This document shows, piece after piece, positions 24,331 through 36,300 of a DNA stretch of 43,240 nt. Origin of the DNA: Tubiluchus corallicola (Eukaryota; Animalia; Priapulida); NCBI GenBank assembly GCA_030141605.1, contig JAQGDQ010001386.1, positions 1 through 43,240 on the forward strand, read 5' to 3'. Numbering within the stretch: position 1 is the stretch's first letter; each line of letters starts with the position of its first letter. The notes beneath the pieces are model-generated. The model had not been told where the DNA came from. It was given only the letters and a program-made list of their open reading frames with translations, and did no database searches. Position numbers and translations under genes: made by a program.

Positions 24331-27300
24331 AACGATGATGTTAATAATAATAAGCATAAGGAAACTGGTTGCATCCACTTGCAAAAATCAGTAATGCTCA
24401 TTCGATTCACACATTTTCAAATTCTTATTTTTATTTTATAAAAATCTCCTCAAACAAGGGCAAACCATGGGGCCCCTCTTTCAGGACCCGAAGCGTTTGC
24501 TGCATTTTGTGTGGGTTCATGAAAAACTGCTCTCGCTATGCTGTGATTCGTTTACCTGATAATTTTTGTAGCTTTCTACTCTTCACACAGTGGATTTTCA
24601 TGCAAAGTTAAGTTCTAAAACAAAATCATTATACCAAGCAAACTTACCTGTAATAACAAAAAGCATAATGAAGATAGCTTAATTACATCTTAGTAATAAT
24701 GGGGGAATGAGATGTAAAAATTATGAAAGAGAGATGAGCAAGAAGACACAATGTAATATTTTAAAGTCAAGTTAATCAACGCGAAGTAATTAAGACTTAA
24801 CTTTTCGACACAGCGGTTGTTGATGATCGTGAAAAGGCCAAAGGTTAAGTGAAACCAGACAATGCACTTGTATACACAGCAATTGACAACAACAAGAGTT
24901 TTAGCAGTTAGCTAGAACTTTATTTGCTTAATTTGTTCTTGTTCACAAGTAAGATCCTGCTATAGGTTTTACATGTAAAATGTAGACACAGGAAAGTTCA
25001 AATGTGACTTAGGTAAGTCAAATGTAGACATAGGACATTTGACTTGACATGTGTCTACATTTGACTTACCAAAAACGCTTAAGATTTGTTGAAAACCATT
25101 GTTAACACATTTGAACTACCAAAGTCTACATTTGAGTTACCAAGACACATTTGAATTACCTAAATCTACATTTGACTTAACGTAGGTCTACATTTGACGT
25201 GTAAAACCTATAGTAAGTCAAAACAGACTAATGAATAATTAAGTAATGTCTATGTAAAACAACTAAAGATATGGCAGACGGCTTTGCTTTACCCACATGT
25301 CTCGTGACGATTGTTGTTAAGGCGCGTTGCTGTCCTACACTTAGCCTTCGACCTACAGCAACTGCGCATGCGCCCAACGAAACGGCGAAAAGTCTTATTG
25401 CGGAAAATAACACTGATTGTCAAAACAGAATACCTAAAAATGGGAGTGTCCAGAGCTCTAATGTTGACTGAAATATCCATTGATCAGGAGGATATCGTGG
25501 ATATTTACGATAACTCCATCCTGGGTTATATGAGCTAGTCTCTTCTGTTGGCCATGTGTATGAACTTATGCACTTTTGACCTTTTGATTCAAATGTGGGA
25601 TCCACAAAACATGAACCTAAAACACAAAGACAAACAAATTGATTAACTGCTTGTCTCCGCTGTTGTTGTTATTGTCGTCGTCATCCTTGTTGTCGTTGCT
25701 GCTGCTGCTGTTGTTGTGGTTGTTGAAGCGTTGTTGTTGTTGCCGTCGTCACTGCTGCTGTTGTTGTTGTTATTGTTGTGGTTGTTGTTACTGTTGTTGT
25801 TATTGTTATTGTTGTTGATATTATTGTTGCTGCTGCTGTTGTTGTTGTTGTTGTTATTGCTGTTGTTGCTGTTGCTGTTGTTGCTACTGTTGTCGTTGTT
25901 GTTGTTATTGTCGTCGTCGTCCTTGTCGTCGCTGCTGCTGTTGTTGTTGTTGTTGTTGTTGAAGCATTGTTGTTATTGTTGTTGCTGCTGCTGCTGTTGT
26001 TGCTGTTGCTGTTGCTGTTGTTGTTACTGTTGTCGTTGTTGCTGCTGCTGCTACTGCCGTTGTTGTAGCTGCTGCTCCTTATTGCTGCTGTTGTTGTTGT
26101 TATTGTTGTTGCTGCTGCTGTTGTTGTTGTTGTTTTTTATTGCTGTTGTTGCTGTTGCTGTTGTTGTTACTGTTGTCGTTGTTGCTGCTGCTGCTACTGT
26201 TGTTGTTGTTTTTGTTGTTGCTGCTACTGCCGTTGTTGTTGCTGCTGCTCCTTATTGTTGTTGTTGTTGTTGTTGCTATTGCTGCTGTTATCGTTGCTGT
26301 TGCTGCTGTTGTTGCTGTTGGTTGGCACCGAAAGGGGTCCTTTTCTGCAATTCTACATTTATTTCCCTTCCTGTGTGTTTACAATAAAATGAGTAAACAT
26401 TTATAAATGCGACGTGGCAAGTGAACCGGGTTCACCAATCGTGTTACACCACACACACAGTGAGCAAAAACTGATTGATATATTTTCTAGTTATTAATTT
26501 TTTCCTGATTTTATGTAATGAAATTATTGTGATACAAATCATATACATACATTTTTAACACAAATTTGGATCAACATTTTGCAAGTTTCCTATACCTGAG
26601 GCTCGCAATTGACGTAATCTCACAACTCCAACCAATCGTGAGGTTAAATCTGTGGCATATCCGGAAAGTACCGGCTTGCCATTGTACCATTTTTCCAAAA
26701 ACAAGTTTGGTAGAAGAGTATTGTTTATGTAGTCCCACATACTGGCAACATCGTTTATCTGCACGTAAAGTGTAATATCATGAATGATGGTCACACAAAG
26801 TTGCTTGTGATAAATTCTCTTTTTTTGAAATAATTCTTTGGGTATAATAGTAATATTAGTAATAGTAATTTTATTTTCTCCATAAATTTACAATCATTTG
26901 ACAACGTAAATCAAGGGGAAGAAAAGGCAATGTTAAATTATGTCCTAAAAAGTTTCCATGCAAATCTATATTACTCAGTATTTTGCTTACTTACTGGAAA
27001 AACTTAGGTAACTAAAAATAATAATTTAAAATGTTCATGCTAATGGGTAGAATGTCGCTGACTCACCCTCCAGGGTGCGCCACTCACTAACCAAAAACGT
27101 ACTTTTAATCTTATCGGCAAGGTGCAGTAATTTAAAATTTTACTTAATTAGCAACATGTAAGTTACGATTGCTCTGACTATTTTTGAAACTTCAGCCAAT
27201 GTTATCCAAATTTGTTTCAAATGACCTACCATTAAAATGGTTGCGGGAGTTTAAGTTTACAAGTTTTACACCGTTATTGCCGACGCAAGCCCCGCATGCA

Positions 27301-30300
27301 AAAAGGCAGTACGTGAGTGGTATAAAATTTGAATACGAAATTTTAAGCTTTATGTAAGAGGAGGTTTTCTTGTGCTTTAACTGCTCTTGTGATTAGTTGC
27401 AAATTGACAAGTGTAATAACGTGTATACTCACAGCAACAAAGCTCGTCTGGCCTTTATATGACGTACTGATGATCATATCATGGACACTTTTAGTTACCA
27501 AATAGGATCTGCAAAAAATAGGAATTATTTGCATGATATAATTATAGCGTTCGATGCAAAACAATATCAAATTCTTATTCCGACTGTTGTAGACAATCAG
27601 GCACTACCAGGGGAGTATTAACCAATAGGTTTAAATAAAGTGTTCGCCGTCTGGAGAAGCAAACATGTTCAAATATTCAAAGGGAACCATGCATCCGCCC
27701 TCTCTAGTTTAATAAAAATATCTTGACAGTTAAAAAATTCTTGGTAATTAAAAGACACTTGGATATTTTTATTAAACTAGAGAGGGCGGATGCACGGTTC
27801 CCTTTGAATATATATATATATACTGACTTTTTTTAAAACATTAAGGAAGGTAGATCCATTAATTGTCAATAATCATAATTAGCCTATACTGTCATACTGA
27901 GTTATACAATATAAACGAGAGTGTAGTAATATAAACAATACTATAGTAACCACTAGCACAACTTTGCTGAATTAATCTAATCTATATGAAATAATCTGTA
28001 ACTCTAGAAATTATTTAAGCAGCACAGATTGTTAGGGTGTGTCAAAGATCAATTCTACTAAAAAACCTTTATTTGTTTTACTCATTGTCTTTTGTTGCTC
28101 AACTGCTGACCAGTAAGCCTGACCAACTGCTGACTTTTAGACGTTGGTATTAACACAGTTCCACTATCGGGTAATTTGAGATTGCCGCTTGTTGTTGTTA
28201 ATATAATTACACGTTTTAAACTTTATTTTAATTGCTTGGATTTTCGTTGATATACCTACCTTTTACCATGAAAGCTGTACACGATGTTGGACAACACTAA
28301 AGCGAAACAGATTAGAAGCAATGTGTCTTTGAGCATTGTGTTCATGTTGCGCTTATGAAGGCGGCGTCTCCTCTCCATGGCAACAAGTCTTTCGTTGAGG
28401 GGTTTATATGTCCGTCGTTGTTCTACGATCCTAGAAAATACAGCATGGTTACAGCTTGGATTTTTACTTAGTAAGTAAAAGAAGAGCTGAAAGGAAAAAT
28501 TAAAAATAATGCTTCTACCCATTGAAGAAACAAGAATAACGCTCATTGTTTATTAAAAAATTTAAATAATGCTTTACAACAAGATGCCTAAATGCAAAAG
28601 AAAATAATTGAACAGTCGAGCAAAAGAAGATCTCACTATACTGACACAAATACCATTCATGCCACACACAGGTGATTAAATAATGGGTTTTCATAGTAGA
28701 AGACAGCACATGTTACCACCTTTTGAAGTTCTCGATGGTTTATTCACATTAGTTAAATATCTTCGCATTTATCGCATATCGGGTGTGATATGCGATAAGA
28801 GGATTCCAGCGAGACTTAAAAGTAAAGTTCACAAAGCAGTGGTCAGACCCGCCCTAATACATGGGCTGGAAGCAGCACCTCTAAAGAAGACCGAAGAGAA
28901 AAAAATGGATGTGGCGGAGATGAGGATGTTGAGATGGATGGTGGGAGTAACAAGAAGGGATAAAATCAGGAATAGTAATATTAGAGGAACAGTGAAAGTA
29001 GTGGAAGCCTCGAAAAAGATACAAGAGGCAAGATTGCGATGGTATGGGCACCTGAGAAGGAGAGTCGGGGAAGATCACATGGGAAGGGAGGTCATGGAAA
29101 TGGAAGTGCTGGGAAATAGAAAAAGAGGACGACCCAAGCTGAGATGGTCTGAATGCATAAATGCAGACCTTAGAGAGAAGAACATAAATGAAGAGATGGT
29201 CAACAACAGGAATGCATGGAGAAGACTTATTCACAATGGCGACCCCGCATAGGGAAAAGCTGGGAAGAAGAAGAAGAAGTTAAATATCTTCGCATTTATG
29301 ATGTATTATGTCGGTGCAGTGTCTGTGATAAAAGAAATATGATATAATGACTGACTCCAGGTCAACTTCTGGGACGTAGTTTCTCATACAGTAAGTCCTC
29401 GCTTAACGACTGATGTTTAACGAAGTATCACTTTCACGACACTGATCATTTGACATCTTTTAGGTAAGCAGAGAGAAATTGTTTAGTAGAAACTATCAAG
29501 AAGCTCATAAAACTTTATTCATTTGATTTAAGCAGCAATGAATTTTGCACGTTCCCATATTTCAACTCCTTTACGTTTCTTTCTAAGGAAGGTTTGGTTT
29601 CGTTTAACGACGTTTCACTTAATGTCGCTTTTTTCTGATACGCATTAGCATCATTAAGCCACTTACTTTACTGATAAATACATGCTTTGTTCTTTGTCAA
29701 ACATAGTGTTGCCAGATTAGAAAATTAGAAATACGGGACACTCTTACAATCTATTTGTATATTACTATATATATATATATATAAATTTATACATGCCTAC
29801 ACACCTAGACCAATATATTACATAAAAGTAGAGACAAAAGTTAAAAAAATAATGCAATAATAACAGGCAGCAAACCCGTCAGTTTTGTTTAAATTTCTGG
29901 AAACACTAGTTTCCTCGTTACATTTGGGTTATTTTCATCAAGAGATTCTGATGAAAGAAAGTCTAATTACTTATAAAGTTACAACTAACAGCCATAAGAA
30001 TGTAGTAAAAATATACTTTTATTATGAAGTTTGAAAATAAACTAAATAGGGGACATGTAGGTGTCCCAGAAATGTTAGTACGGATGGGACAAAATTTTCA
30101 AAAAAGGGAACTGTATATAAGGCAATCTTATATATAAATATAAAAGCATATCGGTTGCCGTTTTTGCTTTAGAAAACAAATTTAGCTTATTTTGCTACGT
30201 TTGGACGCTTATTTGAAATAATTTGTCAACTATTGCACACTTGATGCATGGGAAGAATGTTTAAAAATTGATGTTGTACTTATTCCTTGTCTTCTACAAT

Positions 30301-33300
30301 GGAAAACACATAGGCACTATAGATTTATTTTACCACATTTTGATACTAGGTTACAAACTATTGCACGTTTGTGTTCTTATTTTTGCATAGATGATCAACT
30401 GTCTCCCACATTAATAGTTTTCCTTCTGGCATCTTGAATGGACCCAAAATGAACCTGACACTTTGCCTCTCCAAATCCTTAATAATTTAACAATTATTCG
30501 TTCACATAATCGCTTGCTAGTATAATGACTTAATGCTTGTTTGGCGTAACAAGTATGTTTCAGGAGCCTAAAGTTCACAATTGCCCACCAACGAGAAATT
30601 AGTTCAAGAAGCGGATTAGAGTAAGAGTTTGGATTAGGGTAATGGTTACGTTTAGGGTTTGGATAAGGGTTAGGGTTAGGGTTAAGGTTTAAATTAGGGT
30701 TGGGATTAGGGTTAAGGTTAGGGTTAGGGCTAGTGTTAGGGTTAAGATTAGGCTTAGGGTTAGTGTTAGGATTAAGGTTAGGGTTAGGGTTAGTGTTAGT
30801 GTTACGATTAAGGTTAGGGTTAGGGTCTTTAAATTGTGTGTCACATTGTAAGCTCCTTCCACTTTGTGTCACTGCTTAAAAAAGAACTTTGCCACTCATA
30901 AGTTCTGAACTAAAACCTGCATTTACATCAACTTTGGTAAAAGTGTTGATGAATATATTGTTACCAATTTAGGAATAAACATTACCCATTGCACACCTTA
31001 CGTGTTTAGCAATCACCCCTCTTTTAAGAAGAGAGTTAAATGACTCTTCCTCTTGTTCCTGTGTCATCCCAATTACAGTGTATTGCAATTCTACAGGTAC
31101 TTTAAATACTAAAGCCAGCATAGCAGACATTATTAAGACTCTCAAAGTTTGGGAAAAACACACAGTTTCCACTAAGGACGTAACCATGGAGATCAGCCAT
31201 TTAACACTCTTGGAATAGCCGAATTTCAGTCCATAAAGCATGACAAAATAGCTACTGACGAAACACAAACTTAGCACCAAAGTCCAAGCTACATAGACGC
31301 ACCGTGGAGGCAGAGAAAATCCAGGGTTTCCGTGAACATCTCTTCCACATATTAATGACAACGGAAATGACACTATTCTGCCCGTAACCACGTTAGTTGG
31401 TTCTAAATTAAGATTGCTTTCTATAGGCGGCTTATTCAGTTTGTTATTGTTGTTTTTGCACTCTCTTCGATGAGATATTACAGTGTCACTTTTTTCAACT
31501 GACGTTGACTCGTCATCTATTCTATTTTGATTCGTATTTAAATTTATCCTGACATTTGTCCTGCTCTCCCAAATTCTTGGTAGAAGAGATTCAGATTTAC
31601 AACGAGGGGATTCTTCTTTCATGGTCTCCTCCATAGTGTTTTGCAAACTTTTTGTAACAAGTTTGACTTTGTCAATGGAACGTGACTGTTCATTTGTTCC
31701 ATCACTTGTGGTTTCCGTTTTAAGTCCTTCGGGACGCCTAAGTGGTGTTAGAAGAGTAGCAGCTGAACCAGATGTGAGACTCCCATAGGTCTGACTACTT
31801 GTCAGATAGTACCTAATAGTACCTACTCGAGCTGATGTACCTAATTCACGTTTTAGTTCAAGCATACTCCTCTTTATTTCCTGCATGCACACTCTTACGT
31901 CACGTGCATGGCGAGTCAACATCTTCGGAATTTTCATCATCTAAGAAAACAAAAAAGAACCAGTTAACGATAAGTGAAGTGGCTAATTCAAAGCGATCAT
32001 TTTTGCAGTAACCAGTATAAGTACAGTGGAACTGCAGCACTGCTATTTTCACTCGATATTACAGATAATATTCAATATAATAAGTCTTTTTCTTTAGTTC
32101 TTTCTTTATACTTGTACCAAACCAGAGTATGTGAGGGTAGTACTGTTTACTTCACATCCCAGCGCAGTGATGTGTTTGGGTGTTGTGCGCATGCGCACGT
32201 GTGTGAGATAACATGCTGTGCGCTGCACTGCTGCTGAGTAGGGAAAGTACTGTTGCTCACACAGTTTGTTGTCAGTCTCCACGTGTTTAAAAACCGTGTA
32301 CACAGCAAGTTCATGAACTGCAGAAATTTAGGCTATTGGTAAGGAAAAATTTTTAGGTTTAGGGCTTAACAAATATATGCGTAAATTTTTGTGTTTTTGT
32401 TTGTTTATAATTAAAATAACAAATTACAACATTAAGATTACATATGTTTGTTTTGTTTTACACAGTATTAAAACAATGGCTAAAAATTTTCTAAAGCAGC
32501 ACCTCCACTAATTATAACTACGGGCAGTCATTGGCTGAAACGCAAAATATAAAAACTAAATTTATATATTTTTTAATTACATTTTGCATGTTGAAAATGT
32601 TGGATTTCTTATTGAGAGACCTGTTGTAACCACGAAGTTTAACCTAGGTCTGTGTTTTTACTGAAAAAAACTTTTAATAGTTTTATTTCGCTGGTTTTTG
32701 TTATTTATTTCATGCTTATTTCAGGTACATGAAAGTGCCATAGACAGCAGGTAAAAAACTACTTTGTGAACTCAGTAAACGTCATTTTTAACCAAAGAAA
32801 AATGAGACATTCGTGATGAGAATCTTTCCAAATCTGTACAAAATTTTACTTACTTACTTTTCGCAACTGATTAAAAACAATTAAATTAATTATTAATTAA
32901 TTAAAATTAATTAATTAATTTAAAAAATGAAAAGTGTAGACCCTTCTTTATTTAACAGTACAAGTTACAAGTTGCATTTAAAATAATTAAATTAATTAAA
33001 AAAATTAAAAGTGTAGACCCTTCTTTATTTAACAGTACAAGTTAGAAGTTGCATTTAAAATAATTAAATTAATTAAAAAAAAATAAAAGTGTAGACCCTT
33101 CTTTATTTAACAGTACAAGTTACAAATTGCATTTAAAATAATTAAATTAATTTAAAAAAATTAAAAGTGTAGACCCTTCTTTATTTAACAGTACAAGTTA
33201 CAAATTGCATTTAAAATAATTAAATTAATTGAAAAAATTAAAAGTGTAGACCCTTCTTTATTTAACAGTACAAGTTACAAGTTGCATTTAAAATAATTAA

Positions 33301-36300
33301 ATTAATTTAAAAAAATTAAAAGTGAAGACCCTTCTTTATTTAACAGTACAAGTTACAAATTGCAATTAAAATAATTAAATTAATTAAAAAAATTAAAAGT
33401 GTAGACCCTTTTTTATTTAACAGTACAAGTTACAAGTTGCATTTAAAATAATTAAATTAATTAAAAAAATTAAAAGTGTAGACCCTTTTTTATTTAACAG
33501 TACAAGTTACAAGTTGCAATTAAGGTATGAAAATACGAATATTTGTTTCGTTAAAGAATTTACCTGACTGTAAATATTTTGCATTCCAGATAGGCATGCT
33601 GCACCGTGTTCTTTACAGCTGAAAGTGTAATTAAACATTGCTTAAGTGAGTCAATATAGACATTTGCTCTCTCAAAACAAGAACTTAAAATTAAAATTTT
33701 ATTTTAATTATTTAGTTTAACTTAAGCAATTAATTCAATATTATGGGAAGCATTTATAGAAATAAAAAGTTATTTCACTTTTAAACCATACACTTTAGGT
33801 ATTTAATTTAGTTGATTTATTTATTAGTTATTATTATTATTTATTATTAATTTAGCGACATAATTGAGTTGAAACGTCTTAGATTTGGTGTAGATAAAAT
33901 TTTGTAGTCAAGAATTAACAATCTAAAATTAATTATTATGCTTTAATTCAAAATTTAATGACTAATTCTTTATAGAAAAACTTTTTAGAAACTTTATAGA
34001 AATAGTAAGTTATTGTGCATAATAATCTTGCATTTTAGGTATTACTGTCATGGGCTGTTGCAAGTGATTTCAAACACTTGTTGAAGCCACGTTCATAGGT
34101 AGTATTGACCTTGCATGGCATACTTGATTTTAAACACTTGTTGAAGCCACGTTCATAGGTAGTTTTGACCTTGCATGGCATACGTGATTTTAAACACATT
34201 GAAGCCACGTTCATAGGTAATTTTGACCTTGCGTGGCATACGTGATCTTACTTTGTACCTAGCCCTATATTATGAATATCGTATTTAATAAAAGCCTTCA
34301 GTCAAACTAATTCATTGGTAATATCTATATACTGTGTCTTAGAACACACAGAACATTACCCCCGTCTAGCTTACTTTTTAAATTATTTTTCATAAATTTT
34401 TGTGCTTATGCTATTGAATATTGCTTGTTTGTTGCACTGTTATTAATGTTATTTGTGAATATAAATATTGTAAAATATATACGTTAGCATTTCAATTAAC
34501 TGTTTCTCTTTTTCAGCAATTTAAAACACAAGTAAGTACGGTGTTCTGCACATGAATATGTTTCTCTTTTTATTCACGTTTTTTCGGTTTCCGTTATTAA
34601 AGAAAGGGTAATTTAGGAACCTCAGACATACAGCACTCCTCCCCCTTTAAACTATCAAATTATTTCACCCACCTTGTCTTTACATTAGCATTGCTGAGTC
34701 GAAACATGTTGTGTAGAAATTTGCAATCATGAAGGTGAGGCATATTGTACATATTGAGGTACACAATTTTCACTTCAATCACAAAATTGAACAAACAGTC
34801 ATAAGAGTTAGTAATATGATATTTAACAGTAGAAAATTTGCATCCTTTCTCAATGCTGTCTCTAGATCAACTGAAACTTGCTTGCCTGAGAGAATAAAGC
34901 TGTAATCACATGACCAGACATACAAGTTCCAATTGGAAGGTACATCATATTCATGCATACAGACCATAAATGGAAAGGTCACCTATACTCTACAGACTAC
35001 TAGTTAAACCAAAATCAAAGTCTACTTGGCTTCTTTGATAGCAGAATAAAGATTATTGGTTTACAGAAAGCTGTTATAATTTTTCTCTATTTAAACTTGA
35101 ATAAGAGAGTTAGAACCAGAATTAAAGCATGAAATTAACAATCTAATTACTCTGATTAATGAATATCTATAAAAGCAAAAGGAAACAATATTTAGAAACA
35201 AAAATCAGTCTCTAACAAACTTTGTACAATTAGAGTAAAACCTCGACTGTAGATGGCAGCATAGACTAATTCAGTACTTTAGTGTAGTAGACTGTCACAT
35301 AATACTACAATCTTGTACTCGGTACAATAAGTGGCATGTTGGATTTAGTGTAAATTATCTAATTTTATTAAAGAAGCACCAAGAGAGCTTACTCATAGGT
35401 ATGAAGACACGGGAACATGACAGTTTTGACTTCAGTTTTATTTCTTGACATCCTGAATAGTTGAACGATCAATATGTTGAATGGAAATACAATTAAACTG
35501 CTCGTTATGCCTACAGTAACAAAACAAAAGTTTTTGAACAACAGAATTATTAGAAAATAATTCAAATTTTAATACTTATTGCAATGGTTCAGACAATTTT
35601 CTAGACACTGTTAACCATAGATGTTGTGAAAGTCATGTTTACAGTTGTTGATCACTCACTTTGTTATGATTGAGTTTAGGCACAGAAGTATGAATACGAA
35701 TAAAAAATCTATAATACATATTTGCACTGCACACAACAGAAAAGTGTTTATTAAAACTACTGACACATGAGCAGCATGACTGCTGCACTGAACACTGAGA
35801 ATGAGAGAGTGAGAGTGAGTGTCCTGCACTGTACACTGAAAGTTAGTGTGTGAGTCTAAAGAAACATGAGTAGCACGACTGCTGCACTGAACACTGAGAA
35901 TGAGAGAGTGAGAGTGACTAGAAAGCAGAACCAGTCAGTATATATAGGTATAGGTGACCTATGCAGACTTGCACAGGCTTCACAACAACCATTACTTTAA
36001 AATAGGGAGAGAACCAATGAATATGCATTCACTGGACCATACAATTATACTGGGGGAAAGTTAGCTGGTAGAATGTAACAGGATTAGCTCATAGATGGCA
36101 GCACCTAATTAAAATGTACAATTCCAACTTCCACAGATGTAACTGCACCATACAGAGTGGATCTATAAGGTTATAATGGAGAATTTAATATGGACTTGTA
36201 GCAGCTCGTTATTTTGAAATTATCCGGTTCTAATTTCTTTTGCTCAGTTTTCTTTCATTTCAATTTTATATTAGCACTCCAATATTAGCACATAAAGCAG

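Noticed and set aside
24088-26406. Poly-D/I/S/M/L/V/C ORFs
   Set aside because: Artefacts of GAT and GTT/GCT microsatellites in introns.
28425-28445. Acceptor tattttctag at 28431 as the S1 exon start
   Set aside because: It is phase 2, incompatible with the strong phase-0 donor at 31002; the acceptor at 28487 fits.
28683-28772. ATG-started 189-aa gene
   Set aside because: The first ~30 codons are flank and TSD fortuitously in frame with the truncated LINE.
30411-30872. NPNP-repeat ORF
   Set aside because: Translation of the TTAGGG-like tract; no splice or motif support.
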